From positions 248,001 through 312,000 of the forward strand of contig JASTWF010000033.1 in NCBI GenBank assembly GCA_030390025.1: a DNA stretch of 64,000 bases. Reading direction: 5' to 3'. The notes below the pieces were generated by a model. It searched no databases. It was not told the DNA's origin and was given only the letters and a program-made list of their open reading frames with translations. Of the stretch, positions 24,722 through 37,889 are shown piece by piece (the stretch's first letter is position 1; each line of letters begins with the position of its first letter). This DNA is from Squalus acanthias (Eukaryota). The translations under genes and the position numbers were made by a program.

Positions 24722-25158
24722 TATAGAAACATAGAAACATAGAATCTAGGAGCAGGAGTAGGCCATTCGGCCCGTCGAGCCTGCTCCACCATTCAATACG
24801 ATCATGGCTGATCATCCAAATCCAGTACTCTGTCCCTGCTTTAATCCCCACAGTACACATATCCCACCCTATCCCCGTAACGCCACGTATTTAATTCCCC
24901 CTAACATATCCCATCCTATCCCCATAACCCCACATATTGAATCCCCCCCTAACACTAAGGGTCAATTTATCATAGCCAAATCAACCTAACCCGCACATTT
25001 TTGGACTGTGGGAGGAAACCGGAGCACCCGGAGGAAACCCACGCAGACACGGGGAGAATGTGCAAACTCCACACAGACAGTCACCCGAGGTCAGATTCGA
25101 ACCCGGGTCCCTGGCGCTGTGAGGCACCAGTGCTAACCACTATGCCACCGTGTTGCCC
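24722..25158 (-). mobile_element. HE1-like V-SINE with CR1-derived tail
   Basis: Minus strand: tRNA head (ggtggcatagtggttagcact...gggttcgaat), V-domain (gtggagtttgcacattctccccgtgtctgcgtgggtttcctccgggtgctccggtttcctcccaca), tail same in type as the CR1 3' end at 16721-16830. Confidence 0.88.
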
Positions 25159-25837
25159 CTTATTTCAACGTTGTGTACATGTATTTTTGCGTGATTCCTA
25201 TTAAGCTTCTGGAAACTCCGTACGTAAATGGAATCCCCTCAAGCATAATGGGAATCCCCTTTCTGATTTGTTGGGCCGGGCCCACGTGATCCCGTGGGCG
25301 CTTGCGAGCCGAATGCGCTCCTGGGATACCTGGGCCTCTACGCAGTCTTAGGCCTAGAGACCCAGGTGCGGGTGTCTTCCTGGATTCAGGACCATCAGGT
25401 AGATGCGAGATTTACTGCGTTTCGGAGGAATCCGCCCGCGCGAAGCCTCCGACGGCAAATTCAGCCCCTGTTCAGTTTTTAGGAAACTTACAGGGACAAT
25501 CCTAGGTTTGCTAGGAGTCCAGCGACAATTCACATGGATGGTCACATTTTTCGGATTATTGTATAATTATTGCTGTCTATATAATCATTACTAACACATG
25601 ATTCCCTTGTCATTGATACACTCGCGGAGACACGCGACTCGTGACGCTGACTGGTCTTAGGGGTGAGGCCATTCAGTTCTGGAGGATAACTGTCCAAACC
25701 CAGAAACCACCTCACATTTCAGAGCAATAGTCCATTATCCTGTCTTTTATTGCACACTTTGACTATTCAGTCTGATTGGGCATCATCTGTCTCACTCTGT
25801 TACTCACTGGGTTATCATTCTATTGTTTCCACTGCAG

Positions 25838-25885
25838 GTGCACCAGCGCCCGCTTGGCCAGAAGGCACTTCCGGTTTATAATTAG
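25838..25885 (+). CDS. Candidate TM2 cytoplasmic exon (VHQRPLGQKALPVYN*)
   Basis: Strong pyrimidine-rich acceptor ...tgtttccactgcAG|GTG in phase 0, starting with Val as Ig TM2 exons do; no transcript evidence. Confidence 0.55.
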   Translation: MHQRPLGQKALPVYN

Positions 25886-26429
25886 GGTGTGTTACGAGAA
25901 TCTCCGTCGGATGCTGACGGGACTGGATTGCCTCACTCGCTCATCGTTATCGGCTGGTGCACGGCACCATTTCATCTCGTATTCCTATATAGTCTCAAGC
26001 AAAGCATAAAAACTGTTAGCTTTCTTTTCTTTCATGAGCTAATTTCTTATTCTTGAAACGTTAAGTGTCATTGTTGAATAGAACTCCGCGTGACTTTAGC
26101 AAAACAGTGAACCGCGAATAGTTGAATGTCCAGGAGGGACAGATTGTAATTTACTGTAACTGGAGAAAATTCGATGATTCGATGTAATATTGTATTTAAT
26201 TGCCGCACCTTGGATACAGGCTCAATTTATTCAGACATTAGTGAGTGGCGCCCTCTCCCAATATTCAATAGCACAGAAACAGACGACCGTCTGAAATATT
26301 AAGCATTTTGTTTAACATCTTTCAATATAATGTAACTTTAAATTTGTTAATATTTATGATTGATCTGCCAACCAATTAGCAAGAATGACTTCACCTTTGT
26401 CAATTCAATGCTCCCCTATAGGATTGGCT

Positions 26430-26735
26430 GATTGGTCGCTCCCTTGCCTTTGGGCCAATCAGGCGGTGGGTTCAAGTGCCACTCCAGCATCACATCCCAG
26501 AATATAGTTTGATACCACCCAATGCAGCACTGGGGGAGTACTGGATTACCACACATGCCCCGTCAATCGGCTGAATCGATAAAACCAGGCCGTGTTTGCC
26601 GGTGCAGAGCTGCCGAATTATACACTGGCTAACATCCTCACTTTCAGTAAAACAACAAATACAAACCATCATTTTAACGTGTCTTTCATCACATTTGGGG
26701 GATCTTACTGTGTATGAATTGCCTAAATAACAGCA
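26430..26735 (+). mobile_element. Highly degenerate tRNA SINE
   Basis: gggttcaagtgccactccag head and partial Deu core. Confidence 0.5.
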
Positions 26736-28689
26736 GTGAGCGGGGTTTGCTGGAGTATTCGGCTTCCCAACAAAGTAACCACATTGTCCCTTTCAAGGCC
26801 GACTCTCAGTGCATAATTCCCCAAGGAATATATTGGTTATTGCTGCGCACTGTGTGTATCATTATTTACAGCCTGTCGTGAGCGTCTGTGTCCCGCCAGT
26901 CTGTGACTGGGGGAAGTTGCTCCTAAAGCCAAGTTACTGATAGTTACTCCAACAATGGGTCCGCCGCCGCACGAGCTGCAGCAGAATCGCGTGGTTCGTA
27001 TTAAAGACCTGGGATGAAATGTCCCAGCTGAAATTTCTAGGCTCCAATTGTGAACTGGGATTTTTAAAATCGATTACTAAATGTTTTGATGGATTATGGA
27101 GGATTTAGTCATTGTAGAATTAATTGGATCTGAAAGTAATTGTGGCACAGGTTCGATGTTGGAAAGGCCCGTGACAAGGCATAAAGAGTAGATGAGATTT
27201 ACATCTGTGTTTTATAGCGGAAGGGGCTGGTAGGGCAAACATCCAGCAATGAAACACCCCACACTTGTTATATCACATGACAGAAAACTGAGATCACTGG
27301 GTTTTCAGCAGGGCCTGGTGGAGAAAGAATGGTCGTGAAGCTATGTGTTAGCAGAATCTTGAAACAACAGGAGTGTTTCCTATGTCGGCCATTTGTTAAA
27401 TATATAATCACGGTGTCGCTGGGAATAGTAACCAGGGAAACTTTCCTACCACTTTCCTGAGGTCGTAGACACAGAGCATTGGGTGTAAATCTTCCCTGTA
27501 GATCTTGTATTAGTTAAGGCCCGTAGACCGTAAAGAGGGTCCCTGTGGGCAAAAAGTGCATTGAAGCAATCTGAATATAACATGGTTGAACAGATTGGAC
27601 ACAAGATCTACCAGCAAAAGTTACCATTCCTCTACTCGCTGTTTATGTTGACAGCTCAATTGTGACAGTTAAGATTCCCTCTGTTTGGCATTTTTTGTAG
27701 AATCGTTAACAGCTCGTTGCTGAATGTGTTGACGATTTGGTTAGCGATACGTAACAGAGGAAATCTTCACCAAGGTTTATCTGATATCTGAAACCCAGTG
27801 GAAACTAAATACCGCCGTGAATGCCCAATAGCGACAATTATATCTGGAAAGGTGTGCCAGGTCGGACGCTTTGTTACAAACCCTGGTTAAGAATTCCTCT
27901 GCTAGTGTGTTGCAGTGAGATCATGCTGCGTTCAAATCAGATTCCGTGAGGTCGTATTTCTGGCCAAGTCTTTAACATATTTTAAAAGGATCCGCTAACT
28001 ACTTGGCAAGAAATATCGAGCAGAGAGAACCTACATCAGAGCCTGTGCAACGTCACTGTCCATAGTTAGATATGGATTCTCCCCTGTATCTAATTTCAGC
28101 TACAAACGATGGAATCCGAAGACGTCAGCAGTTGCATTGCACATGGAGGGGAACTGTGATAGTAAGATCAATTTGTTTTCATGTGACGTGGGACGTTAGG
28201 AAAAGGAATAGGCAATTCAGCCACTCGATAGTGCTCCGCCATTCAATTACATCCTGTCTGATCTGTCCCTTAACTCCAGCTCCCCGCCTATGCTCCATAT
28301 CCCTTGATACCCTTTCCTGACATGACTGTATTTGCAGTGATTTGCCTAAATAAAGTGTCAGAAACAATTGGAACTTGTGTCCGTTCCCTAAATGTGTGGA
28401 AATTAAATGCTCTCATCAATAGATTTTTGTTCAGCTTTGTTTGAATGCTAATGCTGGTTTGCTTTTTTTATTAAATTACTTTTAGACTCTGTCAATGCAA
28501 AGTTTCAGAATATAATAAAACATAATCTGTTCCATGCTGTTCGTCAATGTTTTTATTAAAAGTTCTGGGTTTAAATCCAACACTTATTTTTGTTTAGGTA
28601 TTTCAGTTTGCGCCAATGATTAAGTTAGTAAAACTCACCAATAAACTTAATAAAAGCTACACCTTAAACAAGTAAAATAATGTACGGAT

Positions 28690-29727
28690 GAAAACAAAGA
28701 GTAGGGATAAACGGGTCTTTTTCAGGATGGCAGGCCGTGCGTGACTCGTGGGGTACCGCAGGGATCGGTGCTTGGGCCCCAGCTATTCACAAAGTATATC
28801 AATGATTTGGATGAGGGGACAAAATATAACAATACCAAATTTGCTGATGACACATAGCTATGTGACAGTGTCAGTTGCGAAGAGGATGTGAAGAGGCTTC
28901 AAGAAGATCTCGACAGACTCAGTGAGTGGGCGAGAACATGGCAGATGGATTATAATGTGGATAAATGTGAAGATATCCACTTTGGTAGAAAAAACAGAAA
29001 GGCAGAATATTTCCTAAATGGTGAAAGATTGGGGAATGCAGATGCTCAAAGGGTACCTGGGTGTCCTTGTACATGAGTCACTGAAAGTGAATGTGCAGGT
29101 GCAGCAAGCCATTAGGAAGGCAAATGGTATGCTAGCCTTCATTACAAGAGGATTTGAGTACAGGAGTAAAGAAGTATTACTCCAATTATATATGTCCTTG
29201 GTGAGACCACACCTGGAGTACTGTGCACAATTTTGGTCTCCTTACCTAAGAAAGGATATACTTCCGTAGAGGTAGTGCAAGGAATGTTAACGAGATTGAT
29301 TCCTGGGATGGCGGGACTGTCGTATGAGAAGAGATTGAGTAAACTACTCCTGTATTCTCTTGAATTCAGAAGAATGAGAGGGGATCTATGTGAAGCATAC
29401 AATATTATTACAGGACTTGATAGGGTGAATGCAGGGAGAATGTTTCCCTTAGCTGGGGAGTCTAGAACCAGGGGCCAAAGCCTCAGGATAAAGGGTAGGC
29501 CATTCAGGACTGAGATGAGAAGACATTTCTTCACACAGAGGGCTGTATTAGGTTTATTCAAAACAGAAGTCGATAGATTTCTGACTAGTAATAGCATCAA
29601 GGGATATGGCGATAAGGCCGGTGAATGGAATTGAGGCAGAAGATCAGCGATGATCTCATTGAATGATGTTGCAGGCTCAAAGGGCCGAATGGCCTACTCC
29701 TGCTCCTATTTCTTGTGTTCTTATGTA
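28690..29727 (+). mobile_element. CR1 3' fragment
   Basis: [24 protein letters not shown]...FWSP motifs with frameshifts; 3' UTR ggcctactcctgctcct. Confidence 0.92.
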
Positions 29728-30369
29728 AATTGTGTCTAGAAACCGGCGCCCTGAATCCCATTTTTTCACGACCGATATTGAATGGACCGGAGCATCTGGA
29801 GGTTTGGGTGTGTTCCTGGAATATGGGAATAACCCGGACAATTAACAGTTCTAATCATTAAGCGATATGATCATTAATACAAGGTTCATACATTCTAGGA
29901 CATTGAGTATTCAGTCTTAGCATTAATGTTCTGGTCATTATTTGGATGAATTGATTCATTCATTAATAACGCAGAAATCCAAACATCAATTCACCGAAGT
30001 GACGCTTTCAATTCAATGCAGCTAAATTGAGTGAATCCGTTCTGTGGTTAACTGCGGGGAACTAAAGGCTTGTTGTGATATTCCGCTGCACAGGTTTAGT
30101 GGCTTTCTGTGGCTCTCCTCTGTTCCATGGCTTGAAATTTAAGCCGATTGATTTAAACCGGTTGAGACGCCATTGAAAGAATATTCTAGTGATGTCAAAC
30201 CAAAGTATTGCTGCCCTAATATCACAATCGGCAATTTCCAGTGACACTTCCTTCAAATGACCAGAAGGACTCAAAGTCTAAAATTACTTGGTCTTATTCA
30301 GAGGCTAATGCTGCATAACTTCCCATGATGCCCCCTTGTCCCTGTTTTAAGGCAGGCATTACGCATTTT

Positions 30370-30500
30370 ACAACAACTAGTAGCATTTATATAGCGCCTT
30401 TAACCTAGTAAAACGTCTCAAGTCGCTTCACATGAGTCTGATGAAACAACATCAGACACCGAGCCACATAAGGGGATTGTGGGATATGATGCCGATTAGA
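30370..30500 (-). mobile_element. L2 3' tail fragment
   Basis: gcatttatatagcgcctttaac...gacaccgagccacat as at 14575-14660. Confidence 0.65.
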
Positions 30501-30999
30501 TAATGGCTAATAATTCATTCAACAGCTCACTAATATTGGAGCAAATCCCGCTTTGCAAGGTAACTTCGCGGAACCTCTGAAGTCACGGCAATTGTGCCAG
30601 ATGATGCTCCCAAGAAATTCCCTGCATAACGTGTCTTGAACATTTTGCAGGAACTTTGCATGTGTGCTATATTGGCGGAGGCACTGTCCTTTTAAACATA
30701 AATATGTTAACATGTTATCTAAAATTGGAATTTCAAACACATTGAGAATTCACCGGGATGTTGCTTTCCCACAGAATAAATTAAGGCCCAGGAAATCAAA
30801 GAAGCCTGTAAAATTAAGTCTAATAGCCTGACGAGGATGTAACTTAAATGAAGTGGCGCAATTGCGTGCGTGTGACATGGTTTCGCGCCGCCTTCTTAAA
30901 AACCTACAAAGAAGTTAACCTTTTCCACTGACAGCTGTTTAAATTCAACAAGCATTTACTTTAGTATTACTGAATGAAATTTAAAGATATTGGACATTA

Positions 31000-33600
31000 T
31001 TAAATTTAAGTTTCTTAATTATAAGTTAATATTTCCCCATAGTGACAGACGGAAAATGATGATTTAATAAATTACCTCCTTGGGCTCTTAAGCAGAGCCA
31101 CAATGGATTATCTGCTTTCTTGTGTGTTATGGAATTTATCTTGTAAAGTAATTGCAGCACTTCTGTCTCTAATGTTCAAACACTGTGTAAACCACCTAGC
31201 CTGGGAATCACTTGTTTCTGAAATTTAATTGATAAGATAAATGTATAGAAATGAAATTGAACATTGACAAAACCTGTCAGTCCAGTAGTACAGATGTTTG
31301 GATTTTGGGAGGATTTTGAAATGACAAAATTGACTCAGGCCGATATATTGGGTTACCAAGTGAGAAGGTTTCATCTATGTTTTTAATGGACAGTAAAGTT
31401 CCTCCAGGGCTCTTGAATGAGATATGAATGGTAATTGATGGGATGTATAAAATGGACAGAGGAACTAATTGAGGGTGTGAGATAGAAACAGGAAAATTAC
31501 ACCACCAAATGGGAATTTTCCAGACTTTTTAGTGAAAGTCAGGAAAATGTTGTTACGAATAGTAAATTGATAGCTTTCTCTTGGAGACATTTGTGACCCT
31601 GCCTATAATGAACCTTTTAAGAAAACTGAATTTGATAGTCCGGCCACTAACCAAGACATCAGAACCATGTGGTGGAAAATGAGCAAAGACAATCTTTTGA
31701 TAAGATCGTCGCAAAGCCCGGGAATGTCTTGTATCGAATGGCACGTGCGGCATGCTATTGTGATACTGGTATGACAGTGTAAATATGATTTGTTACGTAT
31801 GAAGCAATTACCATCCGGGAATGCATGGTGAATCTGCACTGAAGAACGGATCTCAAACATGCTCAGTTACTTGACTACAGTACGACATGAAATGGTTAAT
31901 GCGGCTCAGGAGAGTGAGACAACTTTTAAAGCATTGACACACTCCATCGAGAAACTATCTAATTATTGAAACAATCAGAATAGAGTTAAACACACTGGTA
32001 CCTGTTAGCGGGATTGAAATTGAAGTTGAAGCAGAGAGTTACATTGAATTTGGATTGGGACAATGGAGGGCTATGGAGTATTCATGTTTAGCAAGAATTA
32101 TCCACAAGATGGATACGATTAAAGAGATCTGGAGAATCTTTTAAGTCCATGACTTGTTGATTAGATGTTAAATTGTAGTGTCGCTTCAAATGATTGTAAG
32201 ACTGAATTATAACTTGTAACTGTAATAATTGTGATTTGTAGGTAACAGAGCGTGGGAAAAACCAATACAAATCCAGTATGAGTTGGTTTTGGTGGTGCCT
32301 CCTGTGTCACTACTACCGCAACTACCATGCTTTACGGATTTAACAGGGCCTGTCCCATCAACCAACACGTTTTACTCAATATCAAAATCTATGCTCAAGT
32401 GAAACGGACAGTAAATGAGATACTTATGTATCAGCTGCACTATTATGTGACACAATTCTGATAATACATTCTCCTGTTGCCTGAGGGTTTCAGTAAGCTC
32501 GTGATGGGACTGAACCCCTCCCTAAAGACATTTTATGATTTGGAGCAAGACAACTCGAGAATAGATATTGGAATTGACAGCATAGGGGACAACTTACACT
32601 GGTGGGAAATTGGGTTTAATATATCAGCACACCCTTAAAGTCGTATTATTTCACACGCTCTTGTAGTTCTCCAACTTGTAATGATAGTGTATTTGATATA
32701 TGTAACCCATGTAGTAAGACTTTGATACAAAGGCCAATTGTGTACTCATGCCTATGAGAAACCAGCACCAACAAATTAATTGAGCGCACCAAAAGAGAAG
32801 ATCAGAAGAAACAGAGGAGACCCCAGGCGGGGTAAGATAAGGCCCGTTACTGCCAGATCTTGTGATTCATCAATAGGATCAACGGGCGGAGGTGAAATGA
32901 TAGACTGGGACACACTGGAAGGAAAGGAATATCAGTACGGCCCTCATGATAGTTGAGGAGACCCTGGAGTTTCCCTCAGCCATGACAATAGTAAAGGATC
33001 GCCCCTGTAAGTGGCATAGTTAGAACCCAGGCCTATAATGAAAAGGGGGATAAAACCACCTTTGAGAAGCGCTCCGTTCCCCTCAATGAGAGGACTCCGA
33101 TTTGCAGCAATTCTTGTGAGAGAATAGATTGAAATCATCGAGTAATCAATGTTTCAAACATTTCATCCTCGAGTTGGGGACTGCACGAAAGATTAGTATT
33201 TAGAGACCATATAGTAGATGATAATCATATATGTATAAATTCAAGTGTCGTCATTGACCAACTAATCTTACCTATGATTCCGTGTGGGTATGCATATGTT
33301 AATGTCTATTCGAATATAGCCACCAGGACTGTCAAAAGTAGTTTTGACTAAGCTCTGATAACAAAGCCATAAGAAAATAGTGACGGTTAAATTGCTAAAT
33401 AACATATTGTAATACTAAGCTTAATTAGAGTTCGCTTACCAATGTTTATACGAGGGAAGCTAGGAATGAAAGAGATAAGGTAAATTCCAATAACACTGAA
33501 CAGGGTGAGGTTGTGGGAAAATTACTGAGCCAGGAAGGGCCAAGATGCTACCCTTAGTCCAAGTGACAATGGTATTTTGACCATTAGAACCAATTAAAAA
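31000..33600 (+). mobile_element. Probable degenerate env-bearing LTR retroelement (env remnant, polypurine tract and start of LTR)
   Basis: Broken frames give a coiled-coil-like stretch (~31860-31965), Cys-containing segments, then HWWEIGFN (32597) followed by a hydrophobic TM-like stretch; PPT-like gagttggggac before TG at 33182. Confidence 0.4.
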
Positions 33601-33965
33601 AGGCGATTTTCTTAAAGCTAGAGCGGCGAGGCGGCAGAGGCAGCGGACCTGCGAGGGAACAGAGGTGGCATGCGGCGGTACTTAAGGTGAGCTTCGAGGC
33701 GGCAGACAAATCCAGGTTCCGGGCGAGGGAAGCAAAAAATATTCGTAGTGTGACGTCACCAAAAAGCAGGTAAGTGATTGGTTGGTGAGTGTTTTCTTTC
33801 TCAATTTTTCTAAACTTAAATTTTGTGGCTTCTACGTTCTCTTTGTGTAGCGGGGACTACGGTTAAGTAAGGGCACTTAAGTATATCACTTAATTCCAGT
33901 GTAATTGGTGGGATCCATTTAATTTTAATTTAATTTTAATTAATTAATTAATTAAAGGGTAAGTC

Positions 33966-34916
33966 ATGGCAGGACAGCTCGGTGCTGTGACATGCTCTTC
34001 CTGCGCTATGTGGGAAATCAGGGACACTTCCTGTGTCCCTGACAACCATGTGTGTGGGAAATGTATCCAGCTGCAGCTACTGACAGACCGCATTGCGGCA
34101 CTTGAGCTGCGGATGGATGCATATTGGAGCATTCGTGATGCTGAAAATATCGTCGATATCACGTTTAGGGAGTTGGTCACACCGCAGGTAAAGGGTGTAC
34201 AGGCAGGAAGGTAATGGGTGACCACCAGGCAGAGTAATAGGCGCAGGCAGGTAGTGCATGAGTCACCTGTGGCCATCCCCCTCTCAAACAGATATACCGC
34301 TTTGGATATTGTTGAGGGAGATGGCTTATCAGGGGAAGACAGCAGCAGCCAACTTCCTAGCACCATAGGTGGTTCTGCTGCACAGGATGGGAGGAAAATG
34401 AGTGGGAGAGCTATCGTGATAGGGGATTCTATTGTAAGGGGAATAGATAGGCGTTTCTGCAGCAGCAAGCGAGACTGCAGGATGGCATGTTGCCTCCCTG
34501 GTGCAAGGGTCAAGGATGTCTCAGAGCAGCTACAGAGCATTTTGGAAGGGGAGGGTGAACAGCCAGTTGTCGTCTTACAGATAGGTACCAACGATTTTCG
34601 TAAAAAACGGGATGAGGTCCTAAAAGCAGAATATAGGGAGTTAGGAGGTAAATTAAAAAATAGGACCTCAAAGGTGGTAATCTCAGGATTGCTACCAGTG
34701 CCACATGCTAGTCAGAATAGAAATAGAAGGATATTTCAAATGAATACGTGGCTAGAGGAATGGTGCAAGGGAGAGGGATTCAAATTCCTCGGGCATTGGA
34801 ACCGGTTCTGGGGGATGTGGGACCAGTACAAACCGAACGGTCTACACCTGGGCAGGGCCGGGACCGATGTCCTAGGGGGAGTGTTTGCTAGTGCTCTGGG
34901 GGAGGGTTTAAACTAA
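33966..34916 (+). pseudogene. CR1 ORF1: zinc finger/leucine zipper plus SGNH/GDSL esterase, one premature stop (34212-34214)
   Basis: CSSCAMW...CGKC; LSNRY; IVIGDSIVRG; GTND; NGLHL; both ORF pieces are in the same frame. Confidence 0.9.
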
Positions 34917-35102
34917 AATGGCAGGGGGTTGGGTACCTGAGCAGGGAGTCAGAGGAAAGGGAAACAAGGATAAAAGCAAAAGATAGGAAGGAGAAAAACA
35001 AAAGTTGCAGTCAGAGAAAACAACGGTTTAAATCAAACATGGCCACAGTAAATAGTAATTCTAATAGGTCTAAGAGCGTTAAAAAAAACAAGCCTGAAGG
35101 CT

Positions 35103-37889
35103 TTGTGTCTTAATGCAAGGAGCATTCGGAACAAGGTGGACGAATTAGCTGCGCAAATAGAGGTAAACGAATATGATTTGATTGGGATTACCGAAACATG
35201 GCTCCAGGGTGGCCTAGGCTGGGAACATAATATCCAGGGGTACTCAATATGCAGGAAAGATAGGCAAAAAGGAAAGGGAGGTGGGGTAGCATTGCTCGTT
35301 AAAGAGGGGATTAACACAATTGAAAGGAAGGATATTAGCTCTGATGATGTGGAATCTGCATGGGTTGAACTGAGAAATAACAAGGGGCAGAAAACGTTAG
35401 TGGGAGTGATATATAGACCTCCAAACAGTAATGCGGAGTTTGGGGATGGCATTAAAAGGGAAATTAGAGAAGCGTGCAATAAGGGCACAGCAGTCATCAT
35501 GGGTGACTTAAATCTACATATAGATTGGGCTAACCAAATGTGTAACAATACTATGGAGGAGGAATTCCTGGAGTGTTTACGGGACGGTTTCCTGGACGAA
35601 TATGTCGATGAACCAACCAGACATCAGGCCATCTTAGACTGGGTATTATGCAATGAGAAAGGATTAATTAGCAATCTTGTTGTGCGAGGCCCCTTGGGTC
35701 GGAGCGATCATAATATGATAGAATTCTTCATTAGGACGGAGAGTGAAGTAGGTGACTCAGAGACTAGGGTCCTGAATTTAAATAAAGGAAACTACGATGG
35801 TATGAGGTGCGAGTTGGGTAGGATTGATTGGGGAATGTCACTCAAGGGGTTGACGGTGGATAGGCAATGGCAAACATTCAAAGACTGCATGGACGACCTA
35901 CAGAACTTGTTAAACCCAGTTTGGAATAAGAATAAAACAAAAAGGGTAACTCAACCATGGCTAACAAGGGAAATTAGGGATAGCATATGATCCAAGGAGA
36001 GGGAAATATAAATTGGCCAGAAAAAGCAGTAACCCTGTGGATTGGGAGCAGTTTAAGATTCAACAAAGCAGGACAAAGGGATTAATTAAGAAGGGGAAAA
36101 TAGAATACGAGAGTAAGCTTTCAGGGAACATAAAAACTGACTGTAAAAGCTTTTATAGATATGTGAAGAGTAAAAGATTAGTGAAATCAAGCATAGCTCC
36201 CTTGCAGTCAGAATCAGGGGAACTTATAATGGGGAACAAAGAAATGTCAGACCAATTAAATACATATTTTGGTTCTGTCTTCACAAAGGAGGACACAAAT
36301 AACCTCCCAGAGATGTTGGGGAACATAGGGTCTGATGAAAGGGAGGAACTGAAAGAAATCAGTATTTGTAGGGCAATGGTGTTAGGGAAATTGAACGGAT
36401 TGAAGGCCGATAAATCCCCAGGGCCTGATAATCTACATCCTAGGGTACTTAAGGAAGTGGCCCTAGAAATAGTAGATGCATAGCTGATCATCTTCCAACA
36501 ATCATTGGAATCTGGAAAAGAACCCATGGTTTGGAGGGTAGCTAATGTTACCCCACTATTCAAAAAGGGTGGTAGAGAGAAAACGGGGAATTACAGACCG
36601 GTAAACCTGACATCGGTAGTGGGGAAAATGCTAGAGTCTATTGTAAAATATGTAATATCTGAGCACTTGAAAAACAGTGACAGTATCGGACAAATTCAAC
36701 ATGGATTTACAAAAGGTAAATCATGCTTGACTAATCTATTGGAATTTTTTGAGGATGTACCTGGTAAAATAGATAAGGATGTGGTGTATTTGGTCTTCCA
36801 AAAGGCATTTGATAAGGTCCCGCATAAGAGATTAGCGTGCAAAGTTAAGGCACATGGGATTGGGGGCAAGGTATTGACTTGGATGGAGAACTGGTTGGCA
36901 ATCAGAAAGCAAAGAGGTGCAATAAACGGGTCTTTTTCCGAGTGGCAGGGAGTGACTAGTGGGCTACCGCAGGGATCGGTCCTTGGACCCCAGCTATTCA
37001 CAACATATATTAATGATCTAGACAAGGGAACGAGATGTAATATCTCCAAGTTTGCAGACGACATAAAACTGGGTGGGCGTGTGTGCTGCGATGAGGTTGC
37101 CGAGAAACTCCAGGATGATTTGGACAGGTTGGGTGATTGGGCAGAAGCGTGGCAGATGCAATATAACGTGGATAAATGCGAGGTTATCCACTTGGTTGTC
37201 AAAAACAGGAAGGCAGATTATTATCTGAATGGCAATAGATTGGGAGAAGGGGAAGTGCATCGAGACCTGGGTGTCCTTGTGCACCAGTCGCTGAAGGTAA
37301 GCATGCAGGTGCAGCAGGCGGTTAAGAAGGCAAATGGTATCTGGCCTTCATAGCGAGAGGGTTTGAGTACAGCAATAACGATGTCTTGCTGCAGTTGTAC
37401 AGGGCCTTGGTGAGACCACACCTTGAGTACTGTGTGCAGTTTTTGTCGCCTTATCTGAGGAAGGATGTTCTTGCCATTGAAGGAGTTCAGCGAAGATTCA
37501 CTAGGCTGATACCTGGGATGGCAGCAATGACGTATGAAGAAAGATTGGGACGATTGGGATTATACTCGCTGGAGTTTAGAAGAATGAGAGGGCATATCAT
37601 TGAAACTTATAAAATTCTGACAGGACAGGACAAACTAGATGCAGCAAGGATGTTCCCGATGGTCGGGGAGTCCAGAACCAGGGATCACAGTCTAAGGATA
37701 AGGGGTAAGACATTTAGGTCATAAATGAGGAGGAATTTCTTCACCCAGAGAGTGGTGAACCTGTGGAATTCTCTGCCACAGAAGGCAGTAGAGGCCAATT
37801 CATAAAATAGATTCAAGAAGGAGTTGGATATATTTCTTAAGGCTAAAGGGATCAAGGGTTATGGGGATTAAGCAGGGACAGGGTACTGA
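35103..37889 (+). pseudogene. CR1 ORF2: APE endonuclease and reverse transcriptase with several stops and a frameshift
   Basis: NARSI, ITETWL, YRPP, MGDLN, SDH; [21 protein letters not shown]; stops at 35988 and 36481, frameshift near 37340. Confidence 0.93.

Larger units (their letters stand above)
5897..25885 (+). other. IgNAR: IgNAR (new antigen receptor) heavy-chain gene cluster, L-V-D-D-J-[C1-C4 not found]-truncated C5/sec-TM1-TM2; probably rearrangement-competent but constant-region-defective
   Basis: Ordered colinear promoter, leader, VNAR, RSS-flanked D/J segments, C5 with secretory tail and TM exon, all recognisable by translation. Confidence 0.93.

Noticed and set aside
25085-25158. 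tRNA gene
   Set aside because: tRNA-like A/B boxes continue into a V-SINE body; the same applies to the SINE head at 8333
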